From: Podarcis erhardii
Taxonomy: Eukaryota
Reading direction: 5' to 3' (one strand)
DNA length: 64,000 bases
Assembly: GCA_964252035.1 (NCBI GenBank)
Contig: OZ176206.1
Positions 36,040 through 49,670 of this stretch are shown piece after piece. The notes beneath the pieces are model-generated. The model was not told the origin of the DNA and ran no database searches. It saw only the letters and a list, made by a program, of their open reading frames with translations. Every line of letters begins with the position of its first letter. Position 1 is the stretch's first letter. Made by a program: the position numbers and the translations under genes.

Positions 36040-39000
36040 TATTAATGAGCCAAGCACTGAGCATGAGCAAAATGTCAAGCTCATCCTCTAAACCAAACTT
36101 TGCCAACCTGGCTCCTAATAGATGGACAACACCCATGAGCTCTTGCTGGCATGTGCTGGGTGGGACTGATGGGAGTTGTAGTCCAAAACATTTGGAAGGA
36201 ACCAGGTTAGCCAAGGCTGCTGAAAACCAATTACACTGAATGCAATTCCATACAGAATGCTTTTTTGTGTACACCATCCAGGCAAGAACAAGCTTTTAAT
36301 GCTATCACATTGCCACTCAATTCTTATTACATGCTGCCCATACAAAGGTGTGCCGCACACAGGTGTCCACCAGTCCAGGATTCGTCTGTCTTTTAAAAGG
36401 CCACTAAACCCAGCCAAGCCTGACACCCACCCCTCCAGGCACCAGCTAAAGAACAGCAAAGCCCCGGCTGCTCTGCAGGAACATAAAGAACACCCAGCTG
36501 CAGCAAACCTGCCACTGTTATCCCCAGATGCTCTCCCCCCACCCCACCCCAATGGCTTCCTAGGCGCTTCATGACCTTCATGGCTGCCCTTCCCCAGCTG
36601 TTCCACATCAACATATTTGCTCCTGCAGCCGCTCAGGCCTGCAAGCTGCTATCAATCACATCCGAGAGCAGAGATGCCTTTAAATGCCACACCAGGTCTC
36701 TGCTGTGGAGGTTCACATGGACTGTCACTCACCTTGTCCCTCGGCATCAGGCCTGGAAAAGAACAGATGCACACATCTTCACTTTGCCTGCCTCTCCCCC
36801 AGGCACACCGTCAACTTTACAACTACCTGATCTTGTGAATTAACTGCAGCAAATGCAAAGGATGACGATGACGCATTCTAGGTTCCAAATACTGATGCCT
36901 CTGACCTTATCTATGGTTGATCACACTAGCAGCATCTTTGGAGGAGGGGGGAAAGAGAGAAAGAGAAAGAAGGAAGCTGCATAGAGAGAAGGGAAGGTAA
37001 ATAAAAACATAAAAGGAAAAAAAACCTTTTGAATGTAGTCTGCTGTTGTAGGTTGGGATTACAGATATTTTCTGGGTCTGGCAACTGGGCTTTATCTCAA
37101 GCAAGGTACTCTATAACTTAAACAGTCATATACTGTACTGCATTATGACCATTTGAAGGGGTGCTCTTGCACTAAAGTGCAACAAAAGCAGGACAACATA
37201 AACTGGAATGTTTGTTACAGGACTTCAGCAGGAAGCAAAGGGACATGCACTGATTGGAAATGAAGCTGTTATGTTGCAGGTGCTAACCATGTTGAAAGCA
37301 GGATTGCATATAACCACCCCAATACTATCATGAGTACAAATCGTCATGAATACCCAATAAAAAAGACATCTGGAGAGGTGCCCTAGGCCTAGGAATGATA
37401 ATGGAGATAGAATCTCCTTCCTTGCTAACTGTTCCCACCCCAAACAGGGGCTCCTGCCCCCCTAAAAATTTGATGGCACTGCCTGGGAATCTAAAATATG
37501 AATTCAGCCTTGCAAAAACATGATACTGGCATGGATTTGCTTGAAATATGTTTCCAGTACTGATGTGTTCTCTCTTTCACTTACCATTTCCCTTGACACA
37601 GAGGTTGCTGGGGAGCACCCTGTCTAAATGGGCAACCCCATTTCTTTGCTGGGAAAATTATGCAAAAGGAACTTTTGTGCTAAGGATGGCCCATTGTACT
37701 AGGAAAGGAGATTAATCTTTACAAAAAGCAGGCTTTGACTCAGGATTTGTTGAGGCGTACTGGCCTTTTAAAAGAAAAGAAAATTTCTATCAAGCAATTG
37801 CCCTACTTTTACTCCCAACCCGAACCCTTGAGGTGTGCTTGGAATTTTTAAGTGTTAACAAAGCACAGACAAAAAAAATTTAAAAAGGGGCAAACTTGCA
37901 AAAGAAGTGGGAGACTTATTGGTCTTCATGCATCAGTCAATACAGCATTATCCAGTCTTTTGCCCTCTTCCAGACAGAAAGAGGACTTGGGAGCAACCTT
38001 TTTAGAGGCACTGTCTGGTTTGTGTGGAACCAAAAGGCCTTTTTACATGATTACAAGAGACAAGAACCATCAAAAGAACATCAGCCAAAAGAGGAGAATA
38101 GACTTGCCCAATTAGCCGAAAATGTACTCCAAAAGAGCCCCGTCTGTCTCCTAAATAAAAACTAGCATCTCCAACAATCCAGCTAGTAAATACAAAGAAA
38201 AAATAGCTTTATATAGAAACTGTCCTGGGGTTTCTGGATATGAGTTGGGGGCTGGAAAAACTGGCAGGGGCTTCACTGGTTTCCCAACTCTATTGTTACA
38301 CAGCACCTTGCCTCTGCTTGGCCCTTCTATGATGTTTCCCACTATCCCCCATGCCCTTCATCTTTCACACACTTCCTTGCATGAAAGGTACTTGGGAGAG
38401 TTGCAAGTTCAGAACTGTGAGTCAGCCGACAGAGCCAAAGTGGAAGTTTTTCCATGTGCCTTTCTTGAAGCAGATGCTCTCCTCATTGCCAAAACAAGCA
38501 GGAACTGCTGTTCGGCAGCACTACAGCATGCCAAAGAGAAGAGGAGGGTGGAGAAATTACAGTGCTGTGACACATGACAACCCATTTCCCACCCACCCAC
38601 ATTTCACATACACACCCCAAGGGCCAAGAAATGATGCCTGCATTTGATAAGTGGAAAACGTTGGGGACAGAAGACCACCTGAAGTCCTGAACAAACACTC
38701 TGGTGGCAAAGTGCCACTGCTTTGCTTAAGTGACATGCTGAGCTCTTATTTCTCTCCCCACCCTCCCTTCCTCCCCACAATCCCTTCCTTCTTGATAACA
38801 AATGCTACAGGGAAACAGATGTGAGTGTCTCCTGCTGACATTCATGCGATGACAGATGTACTCTGCAATACTTCATGTGTGGGTAAAAGACTCCAGCAGC
38901 ACCTGTTCCCTTTCCTGGTAGAAATATGTATGTTCTGCAAATAAGCCCTCCATGAACTCGTGACATTAGCCAGAGCAAGAAAGGAAAGCCCAGTTTAAGA

Positions 39001-41407
39001 AAAACAGCAAGTGAAAAGGCAGCAGGAAAAGGAACCCAAACATCTTAACTGCTTCAGGGGCATCAGGAGATACAGAAAATTCCTGAATGAAGAGGACCAG
39101 GGAGTGACTTTCACCACTGGGTCAATTACAGAACACAAAAGCAGCTCACTCCATTCTACAACAGACTTGCAAGTAAACTCCCAGTCAAGAAACTCTTTTT
39201 TCATAGCCCAAATTAGCCCAAATTAAGCTTCTTGATTTCCTATGTTGATTAAAACTTGCTACAAGCCAGTAGAAAGATAGCTTTTTACATGCCTGTACCA
39301 TAGTACTGTTACAAGTTTGAGTGGAGCAAGGTTCCCCTAAAAGCTCTGAATTCAGTAAAGGAGTTAGAATTTAAGAAACCTCATAATTTCTAGCTTTAGT
39401 AAGTGTTGGAGTTCAATCAATCGGTTTAGCAGTACAAAAATACAGAATGGACTTGTTTTCCTGACTAAGGAATCGCCTGGGGATGGGCCATTATGAAACA
39501 AACGCTGAGCCATTAACCCATCAAGAAAGCCATCAGCAAGGCAGGACTCTCTGCCGGACACAGAGTTGGGAGACTCCACCTTGAGCTCTGGGTAATTAGC
39601 AAAAGACAATCCCAGAATTGGGAGGGGGAAGTTCCCAGAATTGCTGTGAGTAATGAGGTAAGCAAAAAGGAAAAAGTGTCTATTCTACAAGCTGGAGGTC
39701 AGACATGATGTATGGAGTCCCGTGGAATCTGAGGCTGCAGCAATAATGGGAACAGGACCCTCTTGGAATGCAGTCTCTCCATCTGGACACTGGTTGCAAA
39801 TATGTGAAAATAAACCATACAGCATAAAGACACCACAGATTCTGCTGTCTCATTGTCCCCAAAGGAAACACTCTGGTAAGTGCACCAGCAACCCCTGGAA
39901 TCTCACACCACTCATGGAGATTGGGGTGGGGTGTAACAGTCTTGAATTCAAGGGCATGATTTGAACATAACGCTAAGCTGAAGCCAAGAATAAACCATGA
40001 TTTAACCATGAGTTGCCCCACAGATGACCAAACAAATCATGACCTATGCCATAGGAATATACAAAGCAGCCTTACACAGAGTCAAAACATTCTAGCTCAG
40101 TATTGCCTACACTGCTTGGCAGCAACTGTCTGGAATTTTTCCCAATCCTACTTGAAGATGGCCAAGGGACTTTAGGAACTGATGTTTTCTATGGACTCCA
40201 ACAATGTATGGTGCTCCCCCTCAATACGATGAGGATTATTTAATATCTGTCTAATTAAATGTACAGCCCCAATTCTGGCATTTGAAGCCACCAGCATTTT
40301 AAACATTTATTCTCATCAAGCTATAAATTTTTAAAGGATCACAAAACTTCCAAAGGCAGCACTCTAAAGAAAGTACAACTTGAAGCAGAACCTCTTAAGG
40401 TGCATTAAATTATGATTTATTTAGCCCAACACTTACAAGCCCTGTTTCCCATGTGATAGAGGAATCACTTTGTAACAGAGCATATATAAAAACTTAAGTG
40501 TGATGTTTTGCTCTACACAGTCCTTGAGGACGACTGAAAAGTGACTGCAGGAAAAAATAGATGCACCTGGATGCGGGAGGATGGTTCTGTGTGCCCAACT
40601 ACAGGAGCCCCAAACGGAAGAGACAGCACTGTCATCAAACTGCAGCAGAACAGGGACGGAATAGAGAGCCGTCACCAGCTCTGCTGCAAAGCCAGGATCC
40701 TCCCTCCATCAACTGTAATATGGCAGCAGCCATTTCACCAGGCTATAACAGAGGAGAGAAGAAAAGGATTGAAACACCACTCCATCAACATGGCTGAGAG
40801 ATCAGTAGGTTTTGGCTCCTCCTTTTCTTGACCTTCTCCACCCCAGCTGGGTATTTTAAGAATTTGTAACAAAGAACTGGTACCTGAGTTGGTCTATTTT
40901 TCCTCCCTCCCAATTCATTTTCCTTCTGTGTTGTGTTCTTTTTATATTGTAAACTTCACATCTGGAACTGTTTTATTTTTAGTAATCTGCAAACTGCTCT
41001 GATAGGCTTTGGGGACTGAAGAGTGGGATAAAAATTCATTAATTAAATAAGAGGGAAACTGATAAAGCCCATAGAATGTTGCTTCCTTTTCTGATGTTTT
41101 TTTAACACAATTAAAGTAAGGATGGAAATTCAGCAGCACGTTTTCTTTCCCCAGCATGGAGATGAAATGATAAGTTTGCCTGCTGGATTCCTGACTGTCA
41201 GAGGAAATTTGACAAAAGGCTGGAAAAATGTTGGCAATGTTAAAGAAAGATTTTGAAAGCTTGGTTTGTTTTCCAGCTGATCTTGCAATTTGCTTTTGTG
41301 GCTTAATTAGCTTTCATTAAGGAATCATGCTGGATTCACACTTAATACGATATCAAAGTTAAAACAAACCAAGGTTCACAATCCAACAACAAACCATGGT
41401 TTCAGAA

Positions 41408-41625
41408 TAAAAATAAAAATAAATAAAAAATTGTTCAGTAGCACCTTAATATAGACCAACTAAGTTTGTTCTGGTAAAAGCTTTTGTGTGCATGCACACT
41501 TCTTCAGATACACGAAAGCTTATACCAGAACAAACTTGGTTGGTCTATAAGGTGCTACTGGACAATTTATTTATTTTTATTTTGACTGCATCAGACCAAC
41601 ACGGCTACCTACCTGAATCTAGAAT
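41408..41625. mobile_element. Penelope-like element remnant with inverted pseudo-LTR (fold-back)
   Basis: Arms aaattgttcagtagcacctta.atagaccaactaagtttgttctggta.aagctt / aagcttataccagaacaaacttggttggtctataaggtgctactggacaattt; end cagaccaacacggctacctacctg; 13-bp flanking duplication CATGGTTTCAGAA (41395-41407, 41626-41638). Confidence 0.75.
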
Positions 41626-41954
41626 CATGGTTTCAGAACACAGGTTGTTGGCAGTAAACAAACTATAGTTAAGCTGCTATACAGGATTCAGACCATCAAA
41701 CAAGCCATGGTTTTCCGGCGACAGAAAATTCATTCTGAATCAGAGTTCTAACATGGGTCAGAACTCAACATCGAACCTACCAAGTCGCGATAGCAACAGC
41801 GAAGAGGACCTTCTTTGCCACCTCTATTGCATCTGCAGAAAACAGTAGCAGCGGAATCTTTTAGGTAGTTCGTAATTTAACAGAGCCACCTTCACAATTG
41901 GGGCCTGGTGAGGACACCAAGATCTCCTGCAATAATTTTGCATTTTTTTTAAAT

Positions 41955-43700
41955 TTTTTATTTTTTGCAAATAAAGTTGTTCAGATTTAGAAAGAGGTAG
42001 ACTCCACCATAAGAGCAGGACTGGGGCAGGAGAGTGCTAGAGTCCTGTCTAGTCAAGTTGCATGGGATCAGTTCCAATCTGTTACCTCTGAGGATGTGTT
42101 CAAGCTGCTTGGACAAGTGAAACTGACCACCTGTCTCCTTGATCCTTGCCCATTCTGGCTCATAAAAGTGAGCCAGGCTGGGCTGGGTGATGAGCTCCAC
42201 AGGCTGATAAATGCTTCCCTCTGTGAGGGAGTCTTCCCAGACCCGCTTAAAGAAGCGGTTATTAAACCACTTTTTAAAAAAATCATCTTTGGACCTGGCC
42301 ACTATGGCCAACTATTGCCCAGTCAAATCTTCCATTCTTGGGCAAGGTGTTTGAGCATGTGGTCACTGAACAGCTCCAGGCATGCCTGGAGGATACGGAC
42401 CATTTGGATCCCTTCCAATTGGGATTCAGGCCTCATCATGAAACTGCCCTGGTCGTGCTGGTCAATGATCTCTGGCAGGCTAGGGACAGAGGTGAAAGCT
42501 GTTTCCTAGTTCTGCTGGATCTCTCAGCAGCTTTTGATACCACTGACTATGGTATCATTATGGACCGTCTAGGGGAGATGGGAGCTGGAGGCACTGTTAC
42601 TCAGTGGTTCTGCCCCTTCCTCCTAGGCCATGTCCAGAAAGTGGTGTTGGGGAATGAGTGTTCAGACCCCTGGGCTCTCACTTGTGGGGTGCCTCAAGGC
42701 TCTGTCCTCTCCCCCATGCTTTTCAACATCTGTATGAAGCTGCTGGGAGAGAGTATCTGAGGGTTTGAGCTGGGTGTTCACCAGTATGAAGATGATACCC
42801 AGTTCTACCTCTTGTTTAAATCAGAACTAGTGAAGGCAGTGAATGTCCTGTGTGAGTGTCTAGAGGCGGTTTGATGGCGCCTAATGGATTGAGGTTGAAT
42901 CCTGACAAGACAGAAGTACTGTTTTGGGGGGACAGGGGGTGGGTGGGGGGACTCCCTGGTCCTGAATGGGTTAAGTGTACCCCTGAAGGACCAGGTGTGC
43001 AGCCTGGGAGTTATTTTGAACTCACAGCTGTCCATGGAGGTGCATATCAATTCTGCGTCTAGGGCAGCTGTCTACCAGCTCCATCTGGTATGCCAGCTGA
43101 GACCCTACCTGCCTGCAGACTGTCTCACTGGGGTGGTACATGCTCTTGCTATCTCCCGCTTGGACTACAGCAATGTGCTCTACGTGGGGTTGGCTACCTT
43201 TGAAGGTGACTTGAAACTACAACTAATACAGAATAAGGCAACTGGGAGCAGCTGCCGGGACCATGTAACACCGGTCCTAAAGGATCTTCACTGGCTCCCA
43301 GTACATTTCTGAGCACAATTCAAAGTGTTGGTGCTGACTTTTAAAGCTCTAAACAGTCTTGGTCCAGTACATCTGGAGTGTCTCCATTGCTCAGCCCAGA
43401 CACTGAGGTTCTCCTGCAAGGGTCTTCTGGCAGTACCCTCACCATGAGAAGTGAAGTTACAGGGAACCAGACAGAGGGCCTTCTCAGCAGTGGCACCCTC
43501 CCTGTGCAATGCCCTCCCATCAGATGCCAAGGAGATGAAGAACTACACAACTTATAGAAGATATCTGAAAGCAGCCCGGTATCAGGAAGTTTGTAATGTT
43601 TGACGTTTTACTATGTTTTTATATGTGCTGTAAGCTACCCAGAGTGGCTGGGGAAACCCAGCCAGATGGGCGGGGTATGAGTAATAATATTAATAATAAT
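41955..43700 (+). mobile_element. 5'-truncated L2 LINE (~1.7 kb), frameshifted RT ORF2 and (TAA)n tail
   Basis: TTCLLDPCP.WLIK, EGVFPDPLKEAVIKPL, DPFQLGFRPHHETALV.LVNDL, LVLLDLSAAFDT.D, CGVPQGSVLSPMLFNI, YEDDTQ, LHWLP motifs across ORFs 42096-43312. Confidence 0.96.
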
Positions 43701-44320
43701 TAAAAAACAAACAAACCCCAAGCCAGTGTTTCTCAAACTAAGCAGGCCAATCCCATTTGCAGACTGAGGGTGAGAATCAGCTACTTGCCCAAAGCCAGGT
43801 GGCAAGCACATGTAACTCAAATTTAAGTTTATGAAGCAACACTGATTCAAATGTAAAAACAAAAAACATGTAAGGGTTGTATCCAATGTTAGTTTTACTC
43901 AGAGTAAACCCAGTCAAATGAATAGGAATGACTAACTTGGTTTATACATTTCAGTGATTCAACTCTAAGTAGAACTTAGCTGATACTACCCTTAGTTTTT
44001 GTCTTACCCAGGGTATGGATTAGGTGCCTATCCCATATAAAGGAGCTGCAAAACTCACTTAAGTAAAGTGCAGGACAATGTATTGGGCATATCTACATTG
44101 TTTTAATCAGTTTCTCATAGTTTCTCCCAAAGAATCTGAGATGAGAATTGTAATTAGGTGAAGACACTGAGAATTTGCCCCCTGCACAATAATAGAGTCC
44201 CTAAAATTCAGGAGTGGGGTTTCCAAAGTGGGGAATGCATTCAATCAGTTTAAGCCTGCAGCGCAGATTTGCCCAGGACTTTCTGTAGCTTCACTTTCAG
44301 TTTCTCTACACTAATGGTAA

Positions 44321-44508
44321 CACAGGAAGCTACCCTATACCAAATCAGGCCATTGGCCCATCTTGTTCAGTATTGCCTACACAGATTGGCAGCAGCTCTC
44401 CAGGATTTCAGATTGGTGACATTCCCAGCCCTACCTGGAGGTATCAAGAGATTTAACCTGGCACCATTTACATGCAAAACAGATGCTCTGCCACTGAGCT
44501 ATAGCCCC
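44321..44508 (-). mobile_element. Squam3-like SINE
   Basis: Reverse complement head ggggctatagctcagtggcagagcatctgttttgcatg; same body as 3728. Confidence 0.85.
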
Positions 44509-45149
44509 ATTGTGCATTTTGCTGCAGTTATAAGAGGGGCTGTTTCCAGAGGATTCCTATGCAGCACAAATCAATCACATTTGTTTCTCTGTCTCAGCCT
44601 CCTCAAGGCAGGCAGTGTGTGCTGATCCTGTGACTCCTTCAGCAGCTGCCCCAGCAAATTGAAAGAGAAATGCTAGAAGCTTGCCAAGCATAAAGGAACA
44701 GCAAAGTACATTCCTAGGCCACACCAGATAGAAGAGAACTCTTAGTATAAAGCACCTATTGCAAGCAAGACGACTACTGTGAGCAGAACATAGGAAGCTC
44801 CCTTTCCCCAGGTCAGATTTTCTGCCCAACTGACCCAGTGTTACCTGCTCTGACTGACAGTGACTCTCCAGGATCTCAGGCTGAGGAAAGTCACTCTACT
44901 CACCTGTTATTTGCCCTTTTTACTGGCAACTGACTCTAGTACCTTTGGCATGCAGCATATTGTGGTCCCTCCCCAAGAAGTCCTACCTCTAGGATGGAGA
45001 ACCAACAGGTGTTTGTTGACTCCACTCCCAGCAACACCAGCTGGCATGGCCATCGGTTGGGGATTACTAGAGTTGTAGTATGACAATGTCTGGTGACACA
45101 CGCATTCCCTATCTGGGCTGTATACAACATGGGACTCATGTATCTTCAA

Positions 45150-45650
45150 GCAGGCGTAAGAAAACGTTTTGGCCCAGTGGAGCAGAGCTTTATCTCCTCC
45201 AACCCCCACAGGCCAACTTTGACAAGTGGCCACCCCCCTGTTAGTCATCTGATGTCATGATAACTCTTTGCAGGGGTCATGATTACTCTCTACAGAGAAC
45301 AAACTGGAGAAACAGCACCAAGCAAGACTGAACTCTCCACTCATCAGCAAGGGAACTGACATTTGCAGCCAAACTGAGCAGGGTTTAACCCCCCCCCCAC
45401 GTTCATCAGCTGATAAGTAGGGGTTAAACCCTGCTGCTTTGGCTGTGCATGCCAGCTCCCTGTGGGAAACTGACAGGTGCAGCTAACAGAGAACTGAACC
45501 CCACCAACCCTAGCCCATCAGCTGACATCACTCACACATCAAAGTTGTGTCAGCTGATTGGCACATGGGCAGGGTTTCAGGGTAAATGAACTTAAGGGCC
45601 AAATTAGACCCCCTGGTGACTGTCTCACCTCATAGCAGTTCCCATGCTGG
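45150..45650. mobile_element. Degenerate hAT-like element with internal hairpin
   Basis: gcagccaaactgagcagggtttaaccc...ggggttaaaccctgctgctttggctg (~45365-45445); termini degenerate. Confidence 0.5.
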
Positions 45651-47079
45651 CTCTGCTTGTTTACCCAGTTATGTAAGGCTAACAAGCATTTTAATAGGTA
45701 ATTTTCATATATGTGCATGAGTGCACATGTGTGTGAGAGAGAGTGTATGTTGTATGTATATTTGGATTTTTTTAGGTCAACTTGTTTTAACTTCTGACTT
45801 TTATTGAACATTTGAATGCATACTTAAGATTCTGTGTAAATAGTTTTGGCAATTAAGTGACATACAAATTTTACAAATAAAATTATCTACCCCTGCTCCT
45901 CGTACTCTGAAAAGCGAGAACTGTCACAACCAGGATTAGAGTCTTCACATCCATTGCTTCAAGGCTTCTAAGCAAACTTCCCCACAAGATATATATGGAT
46001 TTCCTCACCCTGCCCAATGTAATCTCTTAAGCACTGAGGAGGGTGTTGCAAGGCACAGGTTCTCCATTTGGCTCTTTGTTTTGCTGGCTAGTTTGTCAGT
46101 TTCCCTGTTGGATAGCAGCTTTACTTTCATATTTTAATTGCACTGTATGAGGAAGTACTTTATGTCCTTTGGAGCAGAAATAGTAAGACACAGTAGTCTC
46201 TCCAAAACACCATCTCCTTTGGGGGAGCCTGACCCACAACCAACCCCAGCTGGTCAGTCTTTGAAATAAAATCCAGTAAGGTGCTCAGTCAAAGCAACCC
46301 TAGCAATGGCAAAACAAGAAACATATCAATAGTTTAGATAAAAAGCTCTTTTTGCCTGAACACCACTAAGCATTCGAACACTTACAAAACACACCAGCTA
46401 GATACAGAGTACAGATACATTCCCATTTCACAGATATCTGTACTGTATTGAGTTTGCAGCAATGATGCATCTGACAGCAACTGTTTGAGCCAGAGCCCTG
46501 GCATGGAACATTCCAATTACTTGGGGAACAAAGCAACAAAAGGTTCACAGTCCAACTTCTGGGATAGAAGAGATAGCTGTCTGTTTGACTGGGATTAAAG
46601 CCCCATGAAGTACTTAGGGAAGGAGGAGCTGCGTGGGGGCTGGGTCAGGCCTAGATGGCTGACCGGGAGGAGGTCCTAGAAGCAGAGATGACTGGTGATC
46701 ACAAGGACTGGTGAAGCAGAATGCAAGGGAGATCAGAAGTTAGCCAAACCAGAGCCCAGGACAGCCAAAGGCAACTAATTCCAGTTTTGTCCCCAACCTC
46801 CTCCCTGCTGACTTCTGCAAGGGCAGCATTGGGACTAAAGAAGAGTAAGCCAATGCCACCCCCTGGACTGGATGCAAGTAAGAGGCAGGCGGGTGGGGGC
46901 TGGCTGAGCACAGGCTGAGGTTGGTGGGCAGCAGCCTCTGCTGCCTAAGGGGCAGAGAAACTAAGAGACAGAGGGCTCACTTGGGAAGATAAAAGGGAAC
47001 AAGAAACACATTACGAACCACTGAGAGAAACAGAGGGATTTACACAGAAGTTTTAGGAACAATGGGATTAGGGAACCAA

Positions 47080-47485
47080 AGGTATGCATGGTGCGGAGAA
47101 AGTGGTTAGATGAAAGTTGTCTCCTTCCCTCATAACACTAGAACTCATGGACATCCAATGAAACTGAATGTTGGAAAATTTAGGACAGACAAAAGAAAGC
47201 ACTTCTTCACTCAGGGCATAGTTAAACTCTGGGATTTGATTTCCCCAAGGTGTAGTGTATGGCTTTAAAAGAGGATTGGACAAATATATGGAGCAGAAGG
47301 TTATCAGTGGCTACTAGTCTTAATGGTTATGTTCCTATCCCCACTATTGGAGGCAGTATGCCTCTGAATGGCATTTGCTGAGAATCACAAATGTGGAGAG
47401 GGCTGCAGCACACTCAGGGCCTGCTTTTGGGTTTCCCATGGGCATCTGGTTGGCCACTGTGAGAAGAAGATGCTGGACCCAAGGT
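47080..47485 (+). mobile_element. CR1 LINE 3' fragment
   Basis: MHGAEKV...HNTRTHGHPMKLNVGKFRTDKRKHFFTQGIVKLW and the CR1 3' UTR. Confidence 0.9.
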
Positions 47486-47716
47486 ACCACTGTACTGAAC
47501 TTCACATATACTGATTTGAAGCAACCACAGGCTTTGCTTAAGTCTGGAGCTGCAAAGTTCCCCAGAGCTGATTTGAACAACCATGCTAAAAACCAATGCT
47601 TGTTCAAAAGAGGACTGCTAGCCCCACCGGCTCAAGGCAAAATGATTTTCAGACAAACAAAAGAATCTGAATACAAATGTCTCAAAGCAGCCTATCTCCT
47701 CCCAGTACTGAATGTA

Positions 47717-47958
47717 CAGTGGTACCTCAGGTTAAGTACTTAATTTGTTCCGGAGGTCCGTACTTAACCTGAAACTGTTCTTAATCTGAAGCACCACTTT
47801 AGCTAATGAGGCCTCCTGCTGCCGCCGTGCCGCCAGAGCACGATTTCTGTTCTCATCCTGAAGCAAAGTTCTTAACCTGAAGCACTATTTCTGGGTTAGT
47901 GGAGTCTGTAACCTGAAGCGTATGTAACCTGAAGCATATGTAACCCAAGGTACCACTG
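47717..47958. mobile_element. Tigger-type MITE, 242 bp; opposite-orientation copy of 22280-22513
   Basis: TIR cagtggtacct / aggtaccactg; TA TSD. Confidence 0.95.
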
Positions 47959-49344
47959 TACTACAGCAGCCTCTGTACAGTGGAGCTGACTCAAATGGTG
48001 AGCCCAGGGTTAGGAAGGCAGCTCAAATATTAGATCACATTTTATTACAGTCCTGCAATGTCATTCGTTAAGGCCTGTCCTGAGTTTATTATCAGCAGCT
48101 GTCCTCTCTAGCCAAGGGGATGGAAGCTCAGATGAGAAGCAAACAGCCCTCTGGAAGGCTTCTTAAGTCATAGGAGCATGAAAATCTCTCCCCTCCACTT
48201 ACACAGCTGACTTTCAGATTAAAAAGACACATTCCCACAGGGAGGGAAAGAAGCCAGTCAGCTTGGAAACACCTCCTTCAAGGATCCTGGGGCTTCCGTT
48301 TTTTCCATTTGCTGGCAGAATGGGAGTTCCTATCTTAGGGAGCATGCTTATTTGGGCTCTTTCAAAAGCTTGGCTCTGAGGCCAAGAAATATGTCACCAT
48401 TGATAGTCCAATCCTTTAAGGTTCCACAAGCAAGCACTAAATAGCATTGAGGCCACTTCATCATCTGCCTGCATGACTTGGAAATCAACACTCTACAAGT
48501 GGTTTAAGCTGAACAACTGTGATTGTTGCTAAAGCAATGCTGATGCCATATTTCAGAAATCTGATTACAGAAACACTCTTGAAATCAGCTTCACCCATTA
48601 TCAAGTTTCCTCCCCCCCCCTCATAAATTCTGCTTTCACTTTCTTTAGTTTAGGATTAACATGTTAGTGCAAACTATCTCTCCCATACACAATGGGAGGT
48701 GTGATTTATCCATGTGTTCTCTTCCCTGTCCCCCTTGCAATGTGCAAAACCACAGAAATGACAGAGGCTATTCCTGCAGGAAGTCATTGCCACATGCTGG
48801 TCTACTTGTATGCAATGGGGAGAGGTTGCATCATAGAGATGACCACACACTCATGAGGATTTTGAATGCCAAGAGATAAGACTATGCATGAAGGGAATAC
48901 TGTACCTCCAATCAGAAAAGAAAATTTCTATGGTGTTTTTAAGACAAGGAAGGAAACTCGCTATTGCATAGAAATCACAGGTCTTTGCCACTCTGGAACA
49001 TACGGAGCAACTACTACCTAAGAGCGCATCAAAATTTCTTTTTCTCTCTCTCATATTCAATGAGAAGTGCATTTGCACATCAACCCTGGTCTTCTGCATA
49101 CTCCTGTATGAAGGCAAGTTTCTCTTTTTGGCTTTAAAAGGACTGCAAATTGCTCACCCCACAAACAAAACCCTACCGCATAATTTGCCACATTTTCAAC
49201 AATATGCAACTGATATGGCAGACATTTAGCAAGCGAAGCCTTTCCTGGCATGCAGACAAAACAGAAAAACTTCATTTGTTGGATCTGTGCATGTTAGGCT
49301 GGTGTTAAAGAGGCACAGGGGCAGGCCAATAAGAATAAGAATGG

Positions 49345-49670
49345 TCTCTTCCCACAGCCCCAGACCTGTGATTATCATCCGAGGTCCTTAGTGTGCCTCC
49401 TCCACAAGAGGTCAGGAGGGTGGCAACATGAGAATGGGCCTTTTCTGTGGTGGCTCCCTGCTTGTGGAATGCTCTCCCTTGGGAGGGTTGCCTGGAACCT
49501 TTGTTGCATATCTTTAGGCACCAGGCAAAAACATTCCTCTTTTCTCAGGCCTTTATCTAATTAAACAATCTATGATCTATTATTGTTTTTGTTACTATGT
49601 CATGCATTTTCTTGTTTTTATATGGTAAACCACCCTGTGATCCTTGGATTAAGGATGGTATAGAAATATA
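49345..49670 (+). mobile_element. L2 LINE 3' end
   Basis: gggccttttctgtggtggctccc..cttgtggaatgctctccc...tttaggcaccaggcaaaaac...ggatggtatagaaat. Confidence 0.82.

Noticed and set aside
41958-43550. Cluster of RT-like ORFs as an active element or host gene
   Set aside because: Several frameshifts and stops, 5'-truncated with no endonuclease: a dead L2 copy. The same applies to 28642-29000.
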